64,000 nucleotides of DNA, from positions 257,245 to 321,244 of the forward strand of contig JAPDFW010000086.1 in assembly GCA_028826165.1 (NCBI GenBank), read 5' to 3'. This document shows, one piece after another, positions 25,100-36,579 of this stretch (within the stretch, counting starts at the first letter, position 1; each line of letters opens with the position of its first letter). This stretch comes from Anaeramoeba ignava BMAN (Eukaryota; Protista; Anaeramoebae). Below the pieces are notes generated by a model, which made no database searches, was not told the origin of the DNA, and was given only the letters and a program-made list of their open reading frames with translations. The position numbers were made by a program, and so were the translations under genes.

Positions 25100-25242
25100 T
25101 TTGTTTTTGTTTGTTGTTTTGTGTTTTTGTTTTTTGTGTTTGTGTTTGTTTTTGTGTTTGTGTTTGTGTTTTTAAAAAAAAAGGAAAAAAATGAATTTTG
25201 CTTTTTTCCTCTTTTTTTTATTAATTTCTTTTTTATTTTTAA

Positions 25243-26787
25243 TTAATTATCGGAAAATTCACTTTCAAGACATTTCTTAACGAATTTATGAGCATCAATT
25301 AAACCGAAAATATCCACGAACTCTTCTTCGCGATGAATATTACAAGCAGCAACAGAAATAGTAGCAGAATTAATAAAAGTAGACAAAACACGCGCATCAT
25401 TAGAACCAGTAGAAAAATAAGAAGAATAACCGAAAGAAGATCCAATATTTGAGAGAAATAGATCCAAAGAATAAGGCCCGAATCCACTTTCGTAGCAGCG
25501 AATAACTCTTCTTGAACCACCACCATCAAGAATCAAAGCATAAGGAAGTTCGAAAAGTTTATAAGCATGGGAACTCTCGATAAATGCCTTTGCGCCAAGT
25601 AAATGTTTCTCTTCACCGCAAGTTAAAAGCCAGTTAAAATTCATTTTGTGATTGAGTAAAAGATCCAAAATTACAAAAACTCCGCATTTATCATCTGCTC
25701 CAATGATTCCTTGTCCTGAAATGATATTCCCAGTTCTTTTCACTGTGTCAATGTAGATCACATCCTTCATTTGCTGGACAGTATCGATATGTGCGCATAA
25801 TAAGGGTCGATTTGGGAGATTGAGTGAAAAAATGTTGCCGAAACTATCAGTTTCAAAAAGAATATCATTAGCTGTAAGAATATTCTTGCAAATGTAATCG
25901 CGAAGTCTTTTTTCATACCCAGTTGGCGAAGCAATTCTCATGAGATCCAACAGAAGATCTGTGTTTAGTGATGGTTCTGCATCCGGAACCACATTCGGAG
26001 TTTCTTCATAAAAGGAAGTGTAGTGATATCTTGATCGATCCAAAAGTTCCAACATTCTCATAGTAATAACATAAACTTTTGATAAATCATTTAGTGAAAT
26101 CAATGATTCTTTTTCTTGCATTTGCGAAATTGGGAAGCACAAGGGCAGAACTTCACAATCATCGTCAATTTTCAAATTTACTAAACCAAATCGATTGTAT
26201 TGCTCGTGCGAAATGAATTGGAACGGATTTGGATCGTATTCTTTTTCGGAAATTGTTTTAATCATGTTGTAAATTCTTTTGTGTGTATTTTCGTAAGAAA
26301 TTGTTATTGTGACTGGTCCTTGATCCACATTTACGGTTTCTGAATAACCATGAATTGAGATGCAATATTTTTCTTTGAAATCGGCTTTTTTGAGAATTTC
26401 GAAAATGAGTTCATTTGCCTTTTTTGGATCTTTCATTTGTGAAATTCCTAAATAGACAACTTGGATGTTTTTTGGATTGAATGCTTTAACAATTTCCATC
26501 ATAATTGCTAATGAAGCTTGATTTTTCAAATTAACTCCTTGAATAGTTTGTTTTTCTTCATTTTTGGATGTTTTTGAGTTGATTTCTGATTCATCAAAAT
26601 TATCAATAGCTGAGTGAATTATAACAATAGCTTTTGGTTCTTTTACTGATTTATCTCCAATAAAATTATTGGATTCATCAAATGAAAAAGAATCTAAAAA
26701 TTGGTTTAAATTTGATTCAAGAAATTGAGGAATTGCGTTTTGGTTGAGTTCAAGAAATTTAAATAAATTTTTTTCGATTGATTCCAT
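25243..26787 (-). CDS. M20/M28-family Zn-metallopeptidase (514 aa), intronless
   Basis: Metal-ligand motifs CAHIDTV, GADDKCGV, TCGEE..LLGA, ILD, SND and IHREEE in the C-terminal half. Confidence 0.8.
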   Translation of the reverse strand: MESIEKNLFKFLELNQNAIPQFLESNLNQFLDSFSFDESNNFIGDKSVKEPKAIVIIHSAIDNFDESEINSKTSKNEEKQTIQGVNLKNQASLAIMMEIVKAFNPKNIQVVYLGISQMKDPKKANELIFEILKKADFKEKYCISIHGYSETVNVDQGPVTITISYENTHKRIYNMIKTISEKEYDPNPFQFISHEQYNRFGLVNLKIDDDCEVLPLCFPISQMQEKESLISLNDLSKVYVITMRMLELLDRSRYHYTSFYEETPNVVPDAEPSLNTDLLLDLMRIASPTGYEKRLRDYICKNILTANDILFETDSFGNIFSLNLPNRPLLCAHIDTVQQMKDVIYIDTVKRTGNIISGQGIIGADDKCGVFVILDLLLNHKMNFNWLLTCGEEKHLLGAKAFIESSHAYKLFELPYALILDGGGSRRVIRCYESGFGPYSLDLFLSNIGSSFGYSSYFSTGSNDARVLSTFINSATISVAACNIHREEEFVDIFGLIDAHKFVKKCLESEFSDN

Positions 26788-26948
26788 TTCAAACTTTTAA
26801 TTTTTTAAAAAAAATGAAAAATGAAAAAAATTTTTTTTTTTTTTGCTTTTTATTGATTTTGCTTTTTTTTTTTTTTGGAAAAGAAAAATTTTTTCTTATT
26901 TTTTGAGAAAGAGAGATTTTTTTTAAAAGAGAATTTAATAATTCTTTA

Positions 26949-29900
26949 TTATTTTTTCTCAATTTCCATATCTTGATTATCATTATTTTTTTCATCATCT
27001 TTTTTTTCATCATCTTCTTTTTTATCATCTTCTTTTTTTTCATCATCTTTTTTATCTCCATCTTTTTTTAAAGATTCAAGAGCAGATTTAATACGATCAT
27101 CATTTGGATTAACACCTGGTAAACTTAATAAAACAGAATCAATTAAATCTTGATTTTGAAGAACATTTCCAAGATCAAATGCAGAATCGAATTGATTATC
27201 TTGATTTTGATTTGATTCTGTTTGTTTTTCTTTATCTTTTTCTTCATTTGATTTATCTTGTGATTCGTTTATTGATCTTTCTAAAATTAATTTCATTTGT
27301 TCATCTTCATTTAATTCAGATATATTAACTTGATCTTGTTTTTCTTCTTGCATTTGTTGTTGTTCTTGTTCTTGATTTTGATTTTCATCATCATTTGTTT
27401 CTGAATTATCATCTCCACTAAATTCTGCAAGTGACATTTCGATTGCTCTTCTAGTTTCTTCATCATATTCCGAATCGTCTTAATTTTATAAATAATTTTA
27501 TAAATAATTTTATAAATAATTTTATATTTAATTTTATAAATAATTTTATAAATAATTTTATAAATAATTTAATAAATAATTTTATAATTAATTTTATAAT
27601 TAATTTTATAATTAATTTTATAAATAATTTTATAAATAATTTTATAAATAATTTTATTAATAATTTTATATTTAATTTTATAAATAATTTTATAAATAAT
27701 TTTATAATTAATTTTATAAATAATTTTATAAATAATTTTATATTTAATTTTGTATTTAATTTTTGTATTTAAATTTTATAATTAATTTTATAATTAATTT
27801 TATATTTAAATTTTATATTTAATTTAATAAATAATTTTATAAATAATTTTATATTTAATTTTATAAAATAATTATTATATTTAATTTTATAAATAATTTT
27901 ATAAATAATTTTATAAATAATTTTATAAATAATTTTATATTTAATTTTATAAATAATATTATATTTAATTTTTATATTTAATTTTATAAATAATTTTATA
28001 TTTAATTTTATATTTAAATTTTATAATTAATTTTATATTTAATTTTATAAATAATTTTTATATTTAATTTTATATTTAATTTTATAAATAATTTTTATAT
28101 TTAATTTTATAAATAATTTTATAAATAATTTTATAAATAAATTTATATATAATTTTATATTTAATTTTATATATAATTTTATAATTAATTTTATAAATAA
28201 TTTTATAAATAATTTTATAAATAATTTTATATTTAATTTTATAAATAATTTTATAAATAATTTTATATTTAATTTTATAAATAATTTTATAAATAATTTT
28301 ATATTTAATTTTATATTTAATTTTATAAATAATTTTATAAATAATTTTATAAATAATTTTATAAATAATTTTATAAATAATTTTATAAATAATTTTATAA
28401 ATAATTTTATAAATAATTTTATAAATAATTTTATAAATAATTTTATAAATAATTTTATAAATAATTTTATAAATAATTTTATAAATAATTTTATATATAA
28501 TTTTATAATTAATTTTATAAATAATTTTATAAATAATTTTATATTTAATTTTATAAATAATTTTATAAATAATTTTATAAATAATTTTATAAATAATTTT
28601 ATAAATAATTTTATAAATAATTTTATATATAATTTTATAATTAATTTTATAAATAATTTTATATTTAATTTTATAAATAATTTTATATTTAATTTTATAA
28701 ATAATTTTATAAATAATTTTATAAATAATTTTATAAATAATTTTATAAATAATTTTATAAATAATTTTATAAATAATTTTATAAATAATTTTATAAATAA
28801 TTTTATAAATAATTTTATAAATAATTTTATATTTAATTTTATAAATAATTTTATATTTAATTTAATAAATAATTTAATAAATAATTTAATAAATAATTTT
28901 ATAATTAATTTTATAATTAATTTTATAAATAATTTTATAAATAATTTTATAAATAATTTTATAAATAATTTTATATATAATTTTATAAATAATTTTATAA
29001 ATAATTTTATAAATAATTTTATAAATAATTTTATATATAATTTTATAATTAATTTTATAAATAATTTTATAAATAATTTTATAAATAATTTTATAAATAA
29101 TTTTATATATAATTTTATAATTAATTTTATAAATAATTTTATATTTAATTTTATAAATAATTTTATAAATAATTTTATAAATAATTTTATAAATAATTTT
29201 ATATATAATTTTATAATTAATTTTATAAATAATTTTATATTTAATTTTATAAATAATTTTATAAATAATTTTATAAATAATTTTTATATATAATTTTATA
29301 TTTAATTTTATAAATAATTTTATAAATAATTTTATAATTAATTTTATAAATAATTTAATAAATAATTTTATAAATAATTTTATATTTAATTTTATAAATA
29401 ATTTTATAAATAATTTTATATATAATTTTATAAATAATTTTATATTTAATTTTATAAATAATTTTATAAATAATTTTATAATTAATTTTATAATTAATTT
29501 TATATTTAATTTTATAAATAATTTAATAAATAATTTTATAAATAATTTTATATTTAATTTTATAAATAATTTTATATTTAATTTAATAAATAATTTTATA
29601 TTTAATTTTATAAATAATTTTATAAATAATTTTATAAATAATTTTATAAATAATTTTATAAATAATTTTATAAATAATTTTATATATAATTTTATAATTA
29701 ATTTTATAAATAATTTTATATTTAATTTTATAAATAATTTTATAAATAATTTTATAAATAATTTTATAAATAATTTTATAAATAATTTTATAAATAATTT
29801 TATAAATAATTTTATAAATAATTTTATAAATAATTTAAATAATTTTATAAATAATTTTATAAATAATTTTATAAATAATTTTATAAATAATTTTATATTT

Positions 29901-32310
29901 AATTTTATAAATAATTTTATAAATAATTTTATATTTAATTTTATAAATAATTTTATAAATAATTTTTATAAATAATTTTATAAATAATTTTTATATATAA
30001 TTTTATAATTAATTTTATAAATAATTTTATATTTAATTTTATAAATAATTTTTATATTTAATTTTATAAATAATTTTATAAATAATTTTATAAATAATTT
30101 TATAAATAATTTTATAAATAATTTTATAAATAATTTTATAAATAATTTAATAAATAATTTAATAAATAATTTTATAAATAATTTTATAATTAATTTTATA
30201 AATAATTTTATAATTAATTTTATAAATAATTTTATATTTAATTTTATACTTAATTTTATACTTAATTTTATATTTAATTTTTATAAATAATTTTATAAAT
30301 AATTTTATATTTAATTTTTATATTTAATTTTATAATTAATTTTATAAATAATTTTATATTTAATTTTATAAATAATTTTATAATTAATTTTATAAATAAT
30401 TTAATAAATAATTTTATAAATAATTTTATAAATAATTTTATAAATAATTTTATAAATAATTTTATATTTAATTTTATATTTAATTTTATATTTAATTTTA
30501 TAATTAATTTTTATATTTAATTTTATAAATAATTTTATAAATAATTTTATAAATAATTTTATAAATAATTTTATATTTAATTTTATAAATAATTTTATAT
30601 TTAATTTTATAAATAATTTTATAAATAATTTTATATTTAATTTTATAAATAATTTTATAAATAATTTTATATTTAATTTTATTAATAATTTTATAAATAA
30701 TTTTATATTTAATTTTATATTTAATTTTATATTTAATTTTATAAATAATTTTTATAAATAATTTTATAAATAATTTTATAAATAATTTTATAAATAATTT
30801 TATAAATAATTTTATAAATAATTTTATAAATAATTTTATAAATAATTTTATAAATAATTTTTATAATTAATTTTATATTTAATTTTATAAATAATTTAAT
30901 AAATAATTTTATAAATAATTTTATATTTAATTTTATAAATAATTTTATTAATAATTTTATATTTAATTTTATATTTAATTTTATAATTAATTTTATAATT
31001 AATTTTATAAATAATTTTATAAATAATTTTATATTTAATTTTATTAATAATTTTATATTTAATTTTATATTTAATTTTATAATTAATTTTATAATTAATT
31101 TTATAAATAATTTTATAATTAATTTTATAAATAATTTTATAAATAATTTTATAAATAATTTTATAAATAATTTAATAAATAATTTTATAATTAATTTTAT
31201 AATTAATTTTATAAATAATTTTATAAATAATTTTATATTTAATTTTGTATTTAATTTTGTATTTAATTTTGTATTTAAATTTTATAAATAATTTTATAAA
31301 TAATTTTATAAATAATTTTATATTTAAATTTTATAAATAATTTTATAATTAATTTTATAAATAATTTTATATTTAATTTTATAAATAATTATATAATTAA
31401 TTTAATAAATAATTTTATAAATAATTTTATAAATAATTTTATAAATAATTTTATAAATAATTTTATAAATAATTTTATAATTAATTTTATATTTAAATTT
31501 TATATTTAAATTTATATTTAATTTATATTTAAATTTTATAAATAATTTTATATATAAATAAAAACCTTCCATTTCTTGAGGTTGCTCATTAGAATCAGAA
31601 GACTGAGGTTTTGGAGTAGATTGAGAATCATTTCTCCTAGCATTTTCCTCCAAAGAAAGCCTCAAAGCCAAAGCCAATTCAGGATCAATATTTGGATCTA
31701 CACCAAAATCATTAGAAAAATCTGAAGGATTAGCATCACCAAGAATAAGGGAGCCCTGAATTTGGTCCGAGAGGATAACGCCCGAAATTGGGGGGATATG
31801 GACAATATGGCTGTTATCGTTCTTATTAACGGTTTCTATAAGAGCGTCTAATTTTTCACGGTTTGAATCAGTTTCTCCAAAATTAACGATATCTAAAGCA
31901 ACATTATTTTTTTTAAGCATATTTCCGACACGGAGAAGATCTTCGGAACTTGCTTTAACGGGGCTGCCGACAAACATTATAATGCGTTGAGCTTGTTGCC
32001 TGTTCATTCGATGTTTAAGTGCAAGTTGTGCAATATAAAGGCTTGTCACGTGATCTGAATCTCCTGCAATTTGCACCTCGTGAAGAGACGCTAAAATCTT
32101 GCCAACATCGCTTGTAGGCGCGATTACTAGTTTCGGTTGTGATCCTCCCATTGATAATACTCCAACTGTGTTCTCAAAATTGCTGTTCGTTTTTCTTCCT
32201 GTTATTATGTTGACTGAATCTAATTGTGCTTCAAATCTTGTCGGTGAAAAATCAGAATTTCGCATGTATTCGCTATTGTCAATACATATTAATGTTCCTT
32301 CTAATACCAT
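26949..32310 (-). CDS. RPN10: 26S proteasome ubiquitin receptor Rpn10/S5a, ~424 aa (exons 32310-31566, 27478-26949)
   Basis: VWA N-terminus MVLEGTLICIDNSEYMRNSDFSPTRFEAQ and UIM1 DPELALALRLSLEE. Phase-1 splice gives UIM2 DEETRRAIEMSLAE. Further UIM-like EDEQMKLILERSINE and C-terminal VLLSLPGVNPND. Confidence 0.95.
27479..31565 (-). repeat. 4087-nt Rpn10 intron made of a 12-bp minisatellite (+ strand TAATTTTATAAA and variants)
   Basis: GT(31565)..AG(27479) restores frame. Hundreds of 12-mer units. Confidence 0.92.
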
Positions 32311-32329
32311 TTTTGTTTTTATTTTTGAA

Positions 32330-32390
32330 AAAGTGAAAAAAAAAAATGAAAAAATGAAAAAATGAAAAAAATGAAAAAAATGAAAAAAAA
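32330..32390 (-). promoter_or_regulatory. Tandem TCATTTT initiator-like motifs upstream of RPN10 (representative of most genes in the window)
   Basis: Five TTCATTTT copies plus TCACTTT just upstream of the ATG. The same motif precedes the ATGs at 2785, 7180, 13056, 26787, 34960, 36580, 38649, 40672, 42512 and 47449. Confidence 0.6.
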
Positions 32391-32419
32391 ATTAATTTAA
32401 AGTTAGAATTTTCAATAAA

Positions 32420-33100
32420 ATATTTTAATAAAGATAAAATTTTAATTTTAATAAGTTTTAATAATAATTTAATTTAGATTTATTTCAAATCAAATTCAAA
32501 TCAAATTTTCATTTATTAAATTAATATTTTTAATTATTTATTAATTCAATTTTAATTATATTTAAAATATATTAAAATTAAAATATTTTAATAAAGATAA
32601 AAATTTAATTTTAATAAGTTTTAATAATTATTTAATTTAGAATTATTTCAATTCAAATTAAAATCAAATTTTCATTTATTAAAAATAATATAAAATTATT
32701 CTCAAAAATTTAATAAAATTTAAAAGAAAATTAAAATATTTTAATAAAGATAAAAATTTAATTTTAATAAGTTTTAATAATAATTTAATTTAAAATTAAT
32801 TCAAATCAATTTAAAATAAAATTTTCATTTATTAAATTAATATTTTTGATTATTTATTAATCCAATTTTAATTATAATAAAATATATTAAAATTGAAATA
32901 TTTTAATAAAGATAAAAATTGAATTTTAATAACTTTTAATAATTATTTAATTTAGAATTATTTCAAATCAAATTTAAATCAAATTTTCATTTATTAAATT
33001 AATATAAATTTATTCCCAAAAATTTAATAACATTTAAAAGGAAATTGAAATATTTTAATAAAGATAAAAATTTAATTTTAATAAGTTTTAATAAGTGTTA
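32420..33100. repeat. ~161-bp satellite (family A, locus 3), ~4-5 copies
   Basis: Same unit as loci 1 and 2. Confidence 0.9.
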
Positions 33101-33345
33101 ATAATTGATTTCTTTCTAAATTTATTTATTAATAAATAATTTAAGTTTAATTATTATTAATTTCTATTTCCAATTTTTATTTTTGTTTATTATCATTTAT
33201 TCCAAATTTTTAATAAATATTTTAAATTAAATTTAAATAATTTAAAATTGGATTTGTTTCTTATTTATTGTTTTGAAGAATTTAATTTGATTGAAAGTAA
33301 ATCAAAATAAAATTCAATTTTGAAAAAAAAATGAGAAAATAGTTT

Positions 33346-34960
33346 TTAAATGAAATAAGTTTCAACTTCATCAACAATCCATTTATTATAAGAACCAGCT
33401 AAATAACTTTGAGCTTCATTTGTTCCTTTTTTTATTCCATTAGGTAGATTATAACTAGAACCAAAACTTGAATGACCAGGTTGCAATGTTGATACAAGAC
33501 CCCAATCCCAATTTCCACTATATCCAAAAATAGGACCATAACTCAAACCACAATGAATTGCATAAGAACCTCCATTATGATTGAATTTTTCAGGATCTCT
33601 ATCTCCTTTATCATTTCTTAATGAAAAAATAAATGAATTTGAATCATTAATCCATCCTGAATTTCCATTAAATCCAACTTGAGTAAAACCTCCAAAAATA
33701 AAATTATCTTTTGTTTTGATAATAACTAATGTTTTTCCTTTATTATCAACTGCTTTATGCCAATTTTTGCAATCAAATCCATCTTTTTTTGCTGAAAATC
33801 CTTTTTTCATTTTAGAAAAAAAATTATTATCATTTATCCATTCTTGTAATTTCTTAACATATTCAATATCTTTAATAATTTCTGAATCTGAAAATTGAGG
33901 AAAATTCTTTCTTAATTCAATCTCCATTTGATATTGATCAAAAATTGGTTTCATTTTCTCATTCTCTGTTTTCAAATCTTGATTCTCTTTCTTCCATTTC
34001 TCTTCAATTTCTTTGTTTTTATCTTCAATTTCTTTCTTCCATTTATCTTCAATTTCTTTGTTTTTATCTTCAATTTCCTTCTCTTTGTTTTCAATTTCTT
34101 TTTGATTATCTTGAATAACTTTGTTTTGAATATCAACTAAAAAAGATTTAGGAAAAAAATCAAATTGTTTTAATTTATCAAAATCTTGTTTTGAAATTGA
34201 ATCTTTATCAAATAATGAAAAAAAAGAATGAAATAATCTTTTCTTTTCAATTCCTTTTCTTTTTCTTTTTCTTTTTCTTTTTTTCCTTTTAATTTTTGAT
34301 TTCTTTTTTCAATCCAATTATTTAAAAATTGAAAAAAATCAAATTGAAAAATTTCTTTTTTTTCTTGTTTAAATTGAATAAATTTGATAATTTCTTCTTT
34401 AGTTAAATTGAATAAATTTTCATTATTCTGAATTTGGGAAAAATTTTGATTTATTAATTCAAAACATTTTATTTCAATTTCATTTGAATTTAAATTTCGA
34501 TTTTGGAATAAAAATTGGAAAAAATTTGAATAATTAATTGAATTTGAAATTTTTGAATAATTTCTTTCAATAAATTTAATTTAAAATAAATTGAAATTTC
34601 CAATAATTGGAGAAGATTTTCTTGATTCTCAAAAGAAATATTTCCATAATAAATATAACTCAAAATTGATTCCATTTCTTTTTATTAAATTGATTTAAAG
34701 AAATAGAAAGAGATTCTTGCCTTAATGATTCATTAAAAAGGAGATCTTGAAGATAAAATTGATTTATGAACTTTAATTTCAAAAGGATTTGATTTATTCT
34801 CAACAAAAATTGAAAAATCTTTAAATGAATTTCCATTTAAAAGGTTTGAATAATTTTTAATTAAATTTTTTGTTACTTTTTTTTCTAAATTTTTCATTTC
34901 ATTTTCATTTTCATTTTGATTTGCATTTTCAATTTGGTTATTATTATTATTATTATCCAT
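33346..34960 (-). pseudogene. BTB + coiled-coil + TLDc paralog with several homopolymer frameshifts (pseudogene or assembly errors)
   Basis: Nearly identical to 23384-25099 over the BTB and 5' TLDc. Indels in runs near 34735 (A5 vs A7), 34550 (T5 vs T9) and ~34255-34300. Confidence 0.8.
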
Positions 34961-35329
34961 TTTGTTTTTGTGTTTTTGTTTTTGTTTTGTTTTTGTTTCA
35001 AAAAGGAAAAAATGAAAAAATTTAAAAAAATGAATAAAAAGTGGATTTTGAAAATAAATAAAAATATAAAAATAAGAATAAATTTAAATTAATAATTAAT
35101 TTAATTTTCTTTTTAATTTATTATTTTAAATTAATTTATTAATAAATTATTATTTTTTATTAATTTTTTATTAAAAAAGGAAAATTATTTTAATTTAATT
35201 TTTAATTTAATTTTTGAATTTAAAAATTATTAATAAATTTAAATTTTAAAACAAATTTCCAAATTAATATTAATTCAATTTAATTCAAAAAGATAAAATT
35301 TTAATTTCAAAAATCAATTTTCAAAATAT

Positions 35330-36170
35330 TTTTAAATAATAAAATATTTAAATCTAAAACATTAAATTATTATTTTAAACATAAAATTAAATATTAAATT
35401 ATATTTTTAAATTAATTTATAAATTAAATATTAAATTAAAACTATTCTTATTTTTATATTTATATGTTAAATATTTAAATAATAAAATATTTAAATTTAA
35501 AACATTAAATTAATATTTCAATAATAAAATTAAATATTAAATTATATTTTTAAATTAATTTATAAATTAAATATTAAATTAAATCTATTCCCATTTTTAT
35601 ATTTATATGTTAAATATTTAAATAATAAAATATTTAAATATAAAACGTTAAATTATTATTTTAAACATAAAATTAAATAATAAATTATATTTTTGAATTA
35701 ATTTATAAATTAAATATTAAATTAAAACTATTCTTATTTTTATATGGTTAAATATTTAAATAATAAAATATTTAAATCTAAAACAATAAATTATTATTTT
35801 AATAATGGAATTAAATATTAAATTATATTTTTAAATTAATTTATAAATTAAATATTAAATTAAAACTATTCTTATTTTTATATTTATATGTTAAATATTT
35901 AAATAAAATATTTAAATATAAAACATTAAATTATTATTTTAAACATAAAATTAAATATTAAATTATATTTTTAAATTAATTTATAAATTAAATATTAAAT
36001 TAAACCTATTCTTATTTTTTATATTTATATGTTAAATATTTAAATAACAAAATATTTAAATCTAAAACATTAAATTATTATTTTAATAATAAAATTAAAT
36101 ATTAAATTATATTTTTAAATTAATTTATAAATTAAATATTAAATTAAACCTATTCTTATTTTTTATATTT
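35330..36170. repeat. ~142-bp AT-rich satellite, ~6 copies (family B)
   Basis: Anchor gttaaatatttaaata recurs every ~140-144 bp. A partial unit also occurs at ~13540-13605. Confidence 0.85.
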
Positions 36171-36173
36171 CAC

Positions 36174-36515
36174 TTAAATGAAAATGAAAAATATTTTATT
36201 ATTGAAAGTAAAGAAAAACAATATAAATTTCCCAAATTAATATTAATAATGAGAAGTGAATTATATCGAGGAATGTTTTTATCTGTAACAAATGATACTT
36301 CTAATAAATTTACAGATTATAGTGAATTAAGTAATAAATCATTTCAAATATTTGAATATTGGATTTATTCAAATCAAATTAAAAAAGAAATTCAAATTAC
36401 AAAAGAAATAATTGATGAATTAGAAAGAGGAATTGATTATTTTCAATTAAATCAAACAAATCCAAATTTATTTGATTTATTAATTAACAAATTTAATAAT
36501 CAAAATCAAAATTAA
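36174..36515 (+). pseudogene. 5'-truncated RCC1-BTB copy (only the last BTB domain remains)
   Basis: LNENEKYFIIESKEKQYKFPKLILIMRSELYRGMF...NQNQN* matches the C-termini of the downstream paralogs. Fused directly to satellite B. Confidence 0.85.
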
Positions 36516-36579
36516 AATTAAAATTAAAATTAAAAATTAAAATTTAAATTTCATTTTTTCATTTTTTTCTTTTTTAAAA

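Noticed and set aside
31402-31565. Rpn10 C-terminus ending in (IIYK)n as given by the ORF track
   Set aside because: Read-through into the intron. Splicing at 31566/27478 restores UIM2 and the conserved C-terminus.
23384-33975. Classical diversity-generating retroelement acting on TLDc
   Set aside because: No reverse transcriptase or template repeat in the window, and the differences include indels and non-adenine changes. Kept only as a test under the hypervariability finding.
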